A stretch of DNA of 64,000 nucleotides, from the NCBI GenBank assembly GCA_037379345.1, contig CM074511.1:21328001-21392000 (forward strand). The letters run 5' to 3'. The first letter of the stretch is position 1, and each line of letters starts with the position of its first letter. Made by a program: the position numbers and the translations under genes. Shown here piece by piece: positions 39,901-50,499 of the stretch. A model generated the notes under the pieces. The model searched no databases. It saw only the letters and a list, made by a program, of their open reading frames with translations, and was not told the origin of the DNA. The stretch is from Perna viridis (taxonomy: Eukaryota).

Positions 39901-42900
39901 ATGATAGAAGCAATAGCTCAAAAGAAGGAACTGTCTATGATAATGAAAATGAATCTAAAAGAACAGTAATCAAAAACAATGAAGTTGACGTTGATGAAGC
40001 TGAATTGCAAAAAACACAGGACAGAAGGGAAGATGCAGGTTCAAAATCTGAACCTCAAAGCACACAAGATAAAAATGAAGACATAGATGTAAAATTGGAA
40101 TCTAAAAGAGCACTAGAAAGAGACAAGGTCAAAGTTGATGTTTATTCCAAATCTAAAACATTGCAAGATAAAAGCAAAGAGATAGATGTTGAAAAAACCA
40201 AAGAGGTACATGAAGTTACAGAAAAGAACAGAGCTGATAGTATCAATAACTTGAAGGAAGGAATTACAAGTGAATATAAATTTGAAAGCACACAAGGAAA
40301 TAAGGAAGCAAAAGATCTTGAAAAGAGCAGAGAGGTGCAAGAAGTTTTTTTGGAAGATATGGTTGAACAAAATCAATGTGAAAAAGTTTCAGAGAAAAAT
40401 GAAGTAAACCAAGAATTGGATGAAACTTCCTGTGATAAACAAGAAAATGATACATTAGAAGATGAAAAGGAAAAAGACATTGATAATGATAGTATTAAAA
40501 GCTTTTCAACAGAGGCCTCAACTGCTACTATAGATGCTAGTGAAACTTCATCTATAAAAAGTGGTGATTCCAAACCAAGAGTGTTAAAACAGAAACAGTC
40601 TGCAAGGATTATTTCTAAAAATATTAAGAAAATGGGCAAACGAGTCATTAAGGCGAAACAATATTTTGGTGAATTTGAGGTTTCAGAGTTTGTAGAAAAA
40701 CAGGCAAAGAAAATGAATTTAAAGAGAAAGTTCAAATCAGGTAAAAGCCTTTCACCAAAATTGAGAAAGTCATTAAACAAGAAGTTAACTGATGTAAGGA
40801 AAAATATAAAAGCAAATCCTAAGTGGCATGATGATGAAAAAAGTTTGCAAGATTCATGCCAAAGTAAAATGAATAGCAAAGCGAAAAGAAATGTTACCAT
40901 TGAGAGAGTTAAGACTCTTCAGGCAGTGAATTTCACCAACAAGAACAATACAGACTTGATGAATTCTTTTATTTATAATAAGGATGGAAGAAATGTTTAC
41001 AGATGTCCAATTAAAGTTTGTAGAGGACCATACACTAAACCTAGATCAATGATGGAACATTTTGACAGCCGCCATAAAATTAAGTTGTACAAAAGAGTAG
41101 GAATCAGAATAAATTGTTTGCATTGTACATTTTTCTGTAATTCCCTAGAGAAAATATTTGAACATGCAGCTAGTCACCTTGTCAATATTGTAGTAGATCG
41201 TCCAAGTGATATTTCTTCAGTAGTTTTATTGAAAGTTTTGTCAATGGCTGAAAGGAAGGTTGGTAAAATGAGGCTCTCTGATGAGATGAATACAAATAAG
41301 AATACTGTAAGCAAGTCTGAATCAACAGTTTGCTCTGATAACACAGTTCTAGAGAAAAACTTTAAATCAGATATATATGAAAACAGTAAAGACAATTTCA
41401 GCTCTAAAACTGATGCCAAAAATAACTGTGTTCGTAGAAGTGCAAGAAAGAAAACTGATGGATTTTCAGTCTATAAAGACTATGAACTGCCAGGAATAAA
41501 AGTATCAAGTAGTGGTATTGGTGACAAAGATAAAACTGATCGAATTGTTGGTGATAAAGTAGATCGTGATCAATCTATCTCAAAGGTGACTAGATCCAAA
41601 AGGGGTGGTGTTAACAATGACGGTGTGACATTTAAATCTGAGGAAAGTCAAAACAAAGGGACTACAAATTCTCAAGGCAAAGATAACAAGGAAAAGGTAG
41701 AATTTAAGGAGGAAAGAACTGATGAGACAGTACGAGGTGAAAGACCAAATGTTATTTCAAATAGAGGTAGAAAAGGAAGGCTAAACAATATTGATAATCA
41801 TGATCAGTCTGAGGAAGGAGCTCAAGAGTTCAATAGTACTACATGTAGGCGTAGTAGGAGGAAAAGGCATCATAGTGGAGAGAGTACTGCAAGTAAAGCC
41901 TCGACATTTGAAGACTCTAAAAGTGACATATCTGAACTTGATGCTTATAATCGACATCATAGGGTTAGGCACGTTAGTCATGAATCAAATTCAAGCAAAG
42001 CCTCAAAAGACATTAAGATTGAGTCTGAAGTTCATCACAATCACAATACCAGAAAAAGAGAGCATAGCATGGAATCCACTGCTGATAAAGGAGTATTTCA
42101 AAACAAGAAGACAAAGCCAAACAATTCATCAGGATCTGATTGTAAGGATGCAGACAGTGCAGACAAACAAACAAAACTACTGAATAAACGACGTAGGGGC
42201 TCAGATCTTAAACTATTAGAAGAGAACAAAGAGCTTCTTGAAAGGCAATCTAGAAGACAAAATAGCATTTCACAACCAAAAGAAGATGAGCAGGATGGCT
42301 ATTCAGTCATGCATGTCAGTTCCAGCAGCTGTAGTAAGAACTCCAAAGATTTGAAGTCAAATAAATTAAAGGATGATAAACATCGGAGAGGTCCTGATTA
42401 CTTACTCCTACAGGAGAATAAAGATTTAATTGACCTGAAGCCTAGAAATAGATCAACTTTGAATGCTAGGACAAAAGGTGACTGTAAAACAGTGTCAAAT
42501 CAATGTAAAATTAATTCAAAGAAAAATGACCTGGAGAAACCAGTAGAAAACAAACAAAAAACAGTAGATGGAGGGAAAGAGTCTCAAAATCCATTTCTTG
42601 AAAGTTTCAAGAAATTTGTTGGAATCTCAAAGAAACCATATTCAAGTACAATGAAGAGTCTCAAGCAGGGAAAATCCAGCAAACTAAAGTCCAAAGCTAT
42701 TCTTCACCAAAAGAAGCGACATTTACGCAAATCAAAAGAATTAAAACAAGAAAGAGATACTAAAGAAGCAGTTAAGTTGGCTAGTCATATGGTTAATGTG
42801 ATGGATGTTGTTGAAATAAAGGACTTTAGGAAAAATTCATCTGGTAACAAGAAAGTAGAAATTATTGATTTGACTAGTGAAACTGGAATAAGGAATGGAA

Positions 42901-45273
42901 AGGAGGACACCTCAATGAATTCCTCAAAACGCACTACCTCAAATAGTATGAACTCTTCATTTTTAGATAGTTTTCTTGCTCATGTCAATATGAACCACCA
43001 GACATCAACTAAAAAATGTGGCAGTAAGTCGAAGTCCAAGAAACAAAAAGCTGGCATTAAAACTCAGGGCAGGTACAGTAAATTGTAGTTAATTTAATAA
43101 GAAATGTCCATGTACATAATTGAAGTGTGAGAAAATCAGTCTTCTTCCCAGGCCTTTATAGCGCTGCTCTTTGCAGCACTATGATTTCTTAAAACAGTGC
43201 TATCAGTAATTAATTTTTGTTAGAATGCACTATGGGCCCTGTGCTATAATTTCGGAGGAAGTTCATAAGAGCTGTGATATGCCAGTAAGCACTCTGCTAT
43301 TTAAAAATTATGGGGAGAGCACTGAAAATAACAATGTATCATAGACTTTGTTATTGTTATTGTATGTTATGGAACTTAAATTTGCAGAATAAAAAAAATC
43401 CTAATGTGACTTGTACTTACAAAAGAAATGATCCTCTTTATTAAAGATGCATAAGTTACAATTGTATGATCACATTCTTAACCAAATGTCACATGTAAAT
43501 ATAGCTTATAATATTTATCACGAATATATATATATATAATGAATTAAGATAATGCTTTAACCAATAACAAGTTTTTATTTACTTTTCCACAGTTTGAAGA
43601 AGAAAATTGGTAAACAGCAAATTGCAATGAACACTTTAAAGGAAAAAAAAGCAGAAACATCCAAAAATAACTTTAAAAGATCTTTAAAGCATGACTCCAA
43701 AACACTAGTTAATAGCTTTGACAAAAAATGTGCAGATGACAAAAAAGGAGCTGGAGTAAAAGAAAAGGAAACATCAGAACCAAAAAAGTCACTCACTTCA
43801 TCTAAAAAGGCAGATGAAAAAAAGTTACCAGGCAAGAACACAGTGTTTAAAGCACACAGGCCTTGTAATACCACAGATCGTGGGGAGGAGAAGTCTTTTT
43901 TCAATAATTCACATTCCAATGACAAATATTCTGATAATGGTGATGCTCAAAATGTCAAAAATCAGGATGTGACTGTTTTCTGCACTGGAGACAAGGTGGT
44001 TCAAAAGGAATCAAGGACTTTTTTTGACAAGAAAGATCTCGAAACATCCATGGATGATATGCAAAAGACAACACGTGTTGCTGGGGTTGATAAAGGTACA
44101 GGTAATACTAAATCAAAAGGTAGTGACACAGCATTTCAAAACTGCTTCATGTCGTATTTAGGCTCAGAGGAGACCACAGATGACTCCCAGAAGGATAGCA
44201 AAGAACTGAATGAAAAAGTGTTGTCACGTCAAAAGTCACCATTTAAATGGGACCTTGATGAAGAAGATGCTGATACAAAATGCAAAAATGAAATACCTCC
44301 AAGTAAAGATAGTAGTAAGAAATCCAGTCATGATATGGTCGACATAACTTTAGAAGATTCAGGTTCTAAAAGTCACAAAAATAGTGAGAAAACAGACTCT
44401 CAAACAGAAAATGAACTGTTAAAAAGTGCTGCTTCTGCTTTTACAAACTGTTTATCATCAGGTGAAAATTCAGTAGAAGGAACAGTCAAAATTGGTCAAC
44501 ATGTTGATTTTGAAAAACACTTTAAGGAATTTATATCCAAGTCCAATGAGGAAAATGATAAGGGTTTGAGTGAATCTCAGCATATTAATAAAAAAACAAA
44601 ATATGAACATGAAAAGAAAAATGCAAAAGTTGGACCTTCAAATTCTGGTGCTAGAAAGGAACTTGCCTCAGAAACCAGTGAAAAGGTGGCGAAATCAGTT
44701 TCGTCAAGTTTGGACAATACTCAGTGTAGAACAAAACCAACATCAAAAGGATTTTTATCTGGAAGTTCTTTAAGGAATCGAATAGCAAAGTATAATCTTC
44801 CATATTCACAGTCGAAACAAATTAGTTCTAAACAATTTGTAGTAAAAAAGACAATGGAGAGTAAGAAGTTAATTCCTATATCTGAATTAAATGTTCTTAA
44901 CTCCCAAGAGAGTTCAGGTAAAAACAAGCCATTGTTGCATGACTGTACAGTGAAAGATTTATCAAATTCAGATAGCAAAACATCAGTGTTATCACAGCGT
45001 AAGTTACCACCTAGAGATCAACATCGTGTCAGACATATGTATCATGGAGGCAAAGTTTGGCAAATAGGTCAAGGTTCAGTGTCCTCAACAAACCTAGCAA
45101 GTCCTTGTAAAAACTTGTCTAATACTCCATGTGATGACCATGATAGTGGAAAAGGGAATGAAAGCTTTAAGGATGGTGAGAAACACAGTCGATGGAAAGC
45201 CAGGAAATCATCACCAAAAAGATCAACATCTGGTGAAAATGAACTCAAGGAAAAGAAAGCAAAACCATCTTAG
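15886..45273 (+). CDS. ZNF292/RLF/ZNF654-family-like zinc finger protein, about 4457 aa; join(15886..15996,22325..22467,25639..25889,26746..26984,27405..27548,28072..28212,29676..35399,35821..35934,38247..43072,43593..45273)
   Basis: Ten GT-AG exons, all phases compatible, total 13374 nt. The N-terminal ~500 aa align by eye with the helical N-terminal region of vertebrate ZNF292 (YCEMFRK~YCQQLCQ; PWTDPTLSKIMS~VWKNPVLCTILS; EDPLILKLRVEML~EGPILLDMRIKHL; LTAFALNPT~LSEFLIEPT; LSWEDLYPVCQKFM~WDWKTLKRQCLALM). Five C2H2/C2HC fingers lie in exon 9. Confidence 0.85.
18780..19360 (+). mobile_element. degenerate RTE-clade LINE 3' fragment
   Basis: Broken frames give KYTYRGRIISDD..KDI, LKIFNSNVRP, LQKVEGFCNSCLCTIHEIFWPN, PKIAYHWTPPGKRELGRP. 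Confidence 0.8.
19871..20850 (+). mobile_element. HINE/Helentron-type non-autonomous element with internal ~140-bp tandem repeats
   Basis: 5' box (tttataaacccc...ggggttata) + tctgtctgtcc; three degenerate monomers ending aatccaaat..aaggtttt; 3' ggggtat, agtgag..ctcact stem-loop and ttctagtt end. Confidence 0.75.
20227..20627. mobile_element. ~400-bp TTAA-flanked MITE (copy 2, nested in a HINE tandem array)
   Basis: TTAA-GTAGC...GCTAC-TTAA; colinear with 7232-7634. Confidence 0.85.
21990..22137 (-). repeat. diverged copy of the same retroelement 3' region
   Basis: gtgctctggaagaatcagcagttcctgctctttgcaagacacctgtcatg is homologous to 49224-49275. Confidence 0.55.
22325..22467 (+). CDS. ZNF292/RLF-like exon 2
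   Basis: ttgtag| ILQKAENGVSEYSDQIVILWMTLSQLCNTYQTLTPCPARDSLYEHIF(L) |gtaggt; phase 0/2. Confidence 0.85.
23367..24757 (-). mobile_element. internally deleted hAT DNA transposon with transposase C-terminal remnant
   Basis: TIRs CACGGTTTTAGCTAG / CTAGCTAAATCACTG; flanking CTTAATT duplication; minus strand about 23885-23721 encodes YLIKTYLRNGLKVSSINSLLKI...SFRLKRAFEVWCLAKDR (hAT dimerisation-domain tail). Confidence 0.75.
25309..25489 (-). mobile_element. short 3'-end retroelement insertion, 7-bp TSD
   Basis: Same fixed end as the 11915 copy; flanked by TTGCGAA at 25302-25308 and 25490-25496. Confidence 0.8.
25639..25889 (+). CDS. ZNF292/RLF-like exon 3
   Basis: ttttag| LCAKVVLNIKWQQLP...ENPWTDPTLSKIMSGDD...ETER |gtagtt; phase 2/1. 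Confidence 0.88.
25905..26190 (+). mobile_element. degenerate HINE-type element
   Basis: tataccc...ggtata box, tccatctgtc, a monomer-like segment and a gggagtata 3' box. Confidence 0.5.
26746..26984 (+). CDS. ZNF292/RLF-like exon 4
   Basis: poly-T ttcag| (E)KERKIKEKMDEISNYIKKEDPLILKLRVEMLI...DKLQEE |gtaagc. Confidence 0.9.
27405..27548 (+). CDS. ZNF292/RLF-like exon 5
   Basis: tttcag| CEQIVCHTGIKLINRLEQKESNQKLCVRLVQIFLVQDWINPDRTCCTK |gtttgt. Confidence 0.9.
28072..28212 (+). CDS. ZNF292/RLF-like exon 6
   Basis: ttacag| DLIKLWIRHQYMADRDRTKFLENVWSIAKISSKTEQIGVLVTGLQKE |gttagt. Confidence 0.9.
28227..28840 (+). mobile_element. HINE/Helentron-type element with ~161-bp tandem monomers
   Basis: 5' tatcaccc...gggtata, cagtcagtcc; two monomers (ggcttgcaga at 28309 / ggcttgcgga at 28470, shared agttcaccatgataagttaca); 3' gtgagc..gctcac hairpin. 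Confidence 0.75.
28861..29475. repeat. dispersed AT-rich non-autonomous element, copy 2 (empty at the RTE site)
   Basis: Same orientation and colinear with 5752-6760, but lacks the 6194-6582 insert. Confidence 0.8.
29676..35399 (+). CDS. ZNF292/RLF-like exon 7 (5.7 kb; end of helical domain plus Q/S/T-rich disordered region)
   Basis: Inside the 1942-aa ORF; tttcag|TGT GGC ... GAA TCA AAG|gttaga. Confidence 0.93.
35821..35934 (+). CDS. ZNF292/RLF-like exon 8 (symmetric phase 0, skippable)
   Basis: ttttttacag| TIIEEPSQDEKLSEKSQLEYLPEVINPTTPDEPASSIE |gtatgt. Confidence 0.8.
38247..43072 (+). CDS. ZNF292/RLF-like exon 9 (4.8 kb; five zinc fingers)
   Basis: Inside the 1618-aa ORF; tttcag|GAA; fingers CKIC..HVIHPC, CNSC..HCDNC, CKMC..HVKEKC, CPIKVC..HFDSRH, CLHC..HAASH; donor AG|gtacag, phase 2. 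Confidence 0.92.
43137..43324. mobile_element. small MITE in ZNF292-like intron 9
   Basis: cagtcttcttccca ... tggggagagcactg imperfect TIRs; internal repeated gcac/gctat motifs. Confidence 0.55.
43593..45273 (+). CDS. ZNF292/RLF-like terminal exon 10 (K/S/E-rich)
   Basis: ttttccacag|T TTG AAG...; phase 2 matches exon 9; 559-aa ORF ends TAG 45273; AATAAA at 45650. Confidence 0.88.
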
Positions 45274-48200
45274 TTTATTAGTATTGAATTTTAACTCTGA
45301 TTATCTTCAGTTTATTTCTGTATTTTCTTTGTGCATGAGCTATTTTTAAATTTACACTGATGTGTGTAATTATTACCTTTATAAATGTAGTATATTTAGA
45401 AAACTTTCAGGTAGAGCCAATTTTGAATGATCTTTTAATGAATTAAGTTGCAGAATCTGTGGTTTCCATTAAATATGTGTTTTTAGGATATACTCATTCT
45501 TTAATTTACTGTGAAGCAGATTTTTTATTTTATTTTTTTTTTGTTTTCATCTTACCATGTCATTTTGAATTACTGTCAACTTTTTCTAATTGTTACTACA
45601 TTAATTTTGGTTTTTTTTCATCTATCAAACTGAATTTTGTATGAATTACAATAAAACTGCCTGAGAACTTAAATGTGTGTTTGGAAAAAAGAGTCTTAAA
45701 AAGGCATTTAATTTTAGATCTTAGCAATATTTTTACAGCAGCTTTTTTCAAACTATATTTTCATTCATATTTCACAAAATGTAATAGTAATGGTAAATTG
45801 TCAAAATAAATAGCATGCTTATTGTTATGGTACAATTTTCTCCAACTGAACAGAAGGCATATTGAAGTTTTTAAAATGGAATTATTATTCACTCAAGTTA
45901 AAAAAAAATACTGCTATTGTCAATTTTTTTATTCAGACGTGATGCAGGGTCTCTTGATTATCAAACTCATAGTTGAATTGCTATCTTCTTTGTTTGGAAA
46001 TTTACACAATCTTTTAAACATTCATCCATACTGAAGGCAAAAGTTAGTGATTTATCATTTTATTTCTGTATGTACATGTATGTTACATCATTTTGAATTT
46101 GAGAGTCATTTTTAGCCATACAAATCTTTATACCATAGCTTCCTAATTTAAGCTTTGGGGATGTGATCATTGTGTCTGTCCTTTCCTACATTAGCCTGAC
46201 ATGTGGTTTCCTGATGATATTTGATTAATAGTTCCAGTATTAAAAGGATGTTGTGGACCGTTTTAATCTAGGCCAAGTTCTATTATAATGTATATTTCAT
46301 TTTACCATTTTGGAGTTAAGCTCTTTTTCACTTCTTAAATTTGGTATGCAGAAATATCTGTGACGAGTTGCATCTTTATTTCATTTAAACCTCTTGGTGA
46401 ACTTACATGGCCTGTGAAACTCAAAAGCTTAAAATTATCTTTTGTTTTTTATTTGATATGTACACTATGAAATAATTTGTGCCATAAGCAGCAGTGCTGT
46501 ATAAATTGTCTTTTTAATGGTTTATAGGATGGTTGTTACTTGTATGATTGTGTATATTGTATTAATTTTGCTCTTTTTATAGTGTTTGTATACTTTTAAG
46601 GGCCAAAACAAATTATTATTATTATTTTTTTTTTTTTTTTCATTCAAATTTTGTGATATCTAATGAATCTCTGTCAAAACATTGCAGGGTTCACCACAGG
46701 AAAACTGTTCATAATTCACTGCTTTTTGTTTGTTTTTTGGGGAGTAGGATGGGTGATGGGGTGTTTTTGTATATTATTAACCAAAATTGAAAGAAAAGTT
46801 TCAAATAGTTGGTCACAACAATTTAGTGATAATTATTGTAATTGTACTTTGAACCATTTTCATCAAGGAAATTTCTGGATTTTCTGTAACAAAAAGTATA
46901 ACTTGTTGTTTTTTTTACTCATGTCCTTTCTTTGTAAAATGATAAATGATGGTGCTAAAAAAGTGGTGCTGAAGGAGATTTTCTCAACTTACCTGTAGTG
47001 GACCCTGCTAATGAGAAGGTCCTGGTTTTTTTTTGTTCGTTTTATTTTATTTTATTCAGTTATGATTTTAGCTATCGAACAAGACCTAGAAAATGTTTCC
47101 GTAAATAGTAAATATCCTGACCTATTGTCTATTGTTATCTTTATCAAATTTATTGATGTCTGATTTTATAAGTAACAAGACTAAATTGTTAAGGCTATAT
47201 TTCACTTATGTTATCCCTAATGATACCCAAGCAATAAATTGTTTCTTTGCCTTTTGTGTTGAAAATAATAAGAGTCAAAATGTTTTAAAGGCTAAAAACG
47301 TTTTCTTATTGTGATCAAGAAAAAAACTTCTTTAGGAGTTGTACTAGTAGTACATGTATTTTATTGAATGGTACATGTATTTACAGTTACTTAGTTTTAA
47401 TTTTAAAACAGCTTCCCTATAAAAGACACTGATTCATTTCTTAAAAATAATTTGTGAAAAAAAAAAACATAAAGAAATTATTAAAGTTGCCTAGCTGAAC
47501 GGTACTGGTGTCCTGTTAGGTAACATTTGTGCACTACATTTATGAATACATGTACCTGTAGTTGAATGAAAGGATACACTAAATCATGTGATTTCAAACT
47601 TTAAAGAATTTATTTCTCATATGATGCACTTTCTTTTAGTGTGCAGTTAATAAGCTTGAACATTTTTCCAGTAATGTATCATTTCTGATTACACTTCCTC
47701 TTTTAGAAGCCTGAAAAATGAAAATGCAAATCTAGAATTTTGTAAGGTAAATGTTGAAAGTGTAAATAATGTATAGATTGTTGTGTATTTGTTGGGCCTT
47801 ATTGAGACAATTTTGTCATTTTACATCAGTCCATTTGGTCATGCCAATGCAACATTGTTATTAAATTTTATGCCATGTTACTGGTGTTAGTTATAGTGGT
47901 AGGATGGTTCAGATAGTAGGTATGGACAATGGTCTTTAATTACAAATGTATTTACCCTCCACTTGATATACTGTGACTTAGTGGGCAGTATGTAATGATC
48001 AGAATGTCTGTCCGCCTGTGGTACTGTCTTATTTGTCTGCATAGATGGATCCAGCCTCCCTGCCATTCGGGTTTAAGAGCCCCATTGATTATATATATAT
48101 GAATTGAAAAATTAAATATCAAATTTCTGGAACTACCACTGGTATGCCACACTTAATTATCCTTAACTCCTAAACTATTTACTGGATTTTTAGGAAACTT

Positions 48201-49124
48201 TTAGGGAATGGACTTACCCTCATACTATTGTCTGTGCAAGTAAAAACTATTGAACAGACAGCAGTTCATACAAACAGAAGCACACCAATTGAAATCATCA
48301 TAGCAAAGCAACACAAAGCAGAAAATGCATATGCTAAAATGTGTTAAAAAAATATAATGTAAAACATGATGTTCCAATTTAAAATATCCCACAAGTTTGG
48401 AAACTCGTGTGATTAACATACACTATATGTCATTTTTTATAGTTCAGAAATGTACTTGTAGGAAAAATTGTCTCCGTGCTACTTATATACAATTATATGG
48501 AAACAGGCAGGAAATCGCATGAAAAAAAGGATGCATTAAATGTCTCAATCTCTCTTACATTCAGGTAAACTTTCCGACAGCTGCATGATTCTTATCGTCA
48601 TAGGGGTTTGCTTCTGATATTGAATATTTTCACTTAACATTGAACAAGACTGGTGATCCCATTGAATTGTTTAGTACAGAACTATTAACTTGCGAAATAC
48701 TTAACTATTTGAAACAATGGGGTTTATCAAGTTCGGTTGATTCCACTATACAAAAACTGGAAATCACTGGAGCACCCAAACTGTTAGGCCAGTCAGCGGG
48801 CCCCCTTTTTGGATTTTCAGGATATATATATATATATTAGCCGAACTGAGCTCTGCAATATCGAACGTCATTGATTTTTACAGAAATTAACGTATTATTC
48901 TTGCATGTAGTAAACCACACTGACTCCCTGATGCAAACCCGAGAGTGCATGTAAAACCTGTGGACTGCACCGGTGCATAATGAATAAATGTATCTGAAAT
49001 AAAACCAACAGACAGAAAAACTTTACACTAACCCTTGTTTCGGAACCAGAACTATCAACGGGAAATCTTGTGGAAAACCGGATTCGAAACGGTAATAAAA
49101 CGAATATAATTCAGTGATAATAGA

Positions 49125-49300
49125 CACACACAACAAAGAACATGAAATAACCAATATAACACGTACAAAGAAACCTAAATAAATGAGCAACCCCGACTCC
49201 ACTGAAACCTTGGAGCATGACCAGGTGCACCGATATGGTGAGCGTTACCTGCTTCTCTAGAAACACCCATCGAGTTGCTCATATAAAATGTCATGTCCGG
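49125..49300 (-). mobile_element. longer copy of the same retroelement 3' region, with structured core
   Basis: Shares acacaacaaagaaca..., gactccact.aaa..tggagcatg.acca with 25390-25489; ATGAGCAAC/GTTGCTCAT inverted repeat. Confidence 0.7.
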
Positions 49301-50499
49301 GTGGAGGAAAGAGGAAAGAATAACTGACACATTGGTCGATTCTAATTGTGCAGATGGATACACCATGACGATCATTGAGTTCATGATGACGACTATAGCT
49401 ATAGTTGTAGTGGTGGTGGTGACTTTAATCTTGTAACAATATAACCCAGCATCAGAAGCCCGATCAATGGTCAAAATCCGCGAAGTTTTGGCAAGCTCTT
49501 GCATAATGAATTAGTTATGATATGAAAATTTCATACGCAGGGGCTGAAGGGTGAATGGATGTTGCCAATGAAAAATCAGCGCCATTGTCGTATTGTCTGG
49601 CTATGAGTTTTCCCCTCCATCGATCTCTAAAAGGATGTCAAGATATGAGGCTGCTTGACTTCATGGTGTCTGCAGTGTTCTTTATCTTAAGTTCACTGCT
49701 TTGAGGTAAATGCGATGTATAAATCCCCGAATCTAGGATTGTTTATAGACAAGACACTTTATCCACATAGCTGAAGTTTGGACTAAAGAATCTGTCTTAA
49801 CAACGTTCTTTCTTTTAGATACGATCAGTTATAAATCAGTTAAATCTGAACCGAGCAAGTATTTGAAACTAGGTGTTCTAGACATGCATAAATGCATTAA
49901 TAGAAAATGAAAAAAATGTAAATTTAACTCACATTTTAAGTAAATCCTAAATCCCGGCGTGTTGTTGCAGAACAGCAAAACTAAAAATATTGTCTCTATT
50001 TTTCTTGAGCTTTTTTAAATGTGTAGATCACAGGGGTTTGTTTCCACTATTAAATATGCAGCCCAACTTGTTTATAGGTTATATACTAGTTGGGGTTGCA
50101 TATTTGATAGTGGGAGCAAACCCCTGTGTGCAGCAAACGCCGCGGCTGAACTTTGAGAAATCTGTGACCGGTAAATTTGCTTTACTATATATGAATTGCT
50201 ACATGATCGGGGCCTTTGAAACTTGACCGTGTGCATTCACATTTTTAAAATCTTTTCTATCAAAACGTTTCTACTGCGACATTTATAACACACTTGAATC
50301 GACAGAAAAAAAAGACTATAGATCTAGGCATATATGATAGAAATGTATTTTTTAAGTATAAGAAAAAAATGGAGCAGAAATTTAGCTGTTAGTTCAATAT
50401 TATTAGGAAATCGATAAAATCCATTTACAAAATTTATGAGACAATGAAATGTGTGTGATTGAATCTAAAGCATTATTTTACTTTGCAACAATCAGGACA

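Noticed and set aside
29717-44978. Antisense and alternative-frame ORFs overlapping the giant exons (e.g. 40373-40900, 43575-43925)
   Set aside because: F/L/S-rich shadows of K/E-rich sense codons, with no independent signals.
29625-45273. Three separate intronless genes (1942, 1618 and 559 aa ORFs)
   Set aside because: The ORF starts are TTG/GTG codons in or next to polypyrimidine tracts. Each ORF has a strong acceptor, and the phases join them into one CDS.
48158-48220. TCCTTAAC (U12 branch-like) and a minus-strand GTAAGT in intergenic DNA
   Set aside because: No matching U12 donor or coding exon nearby; probably chance.
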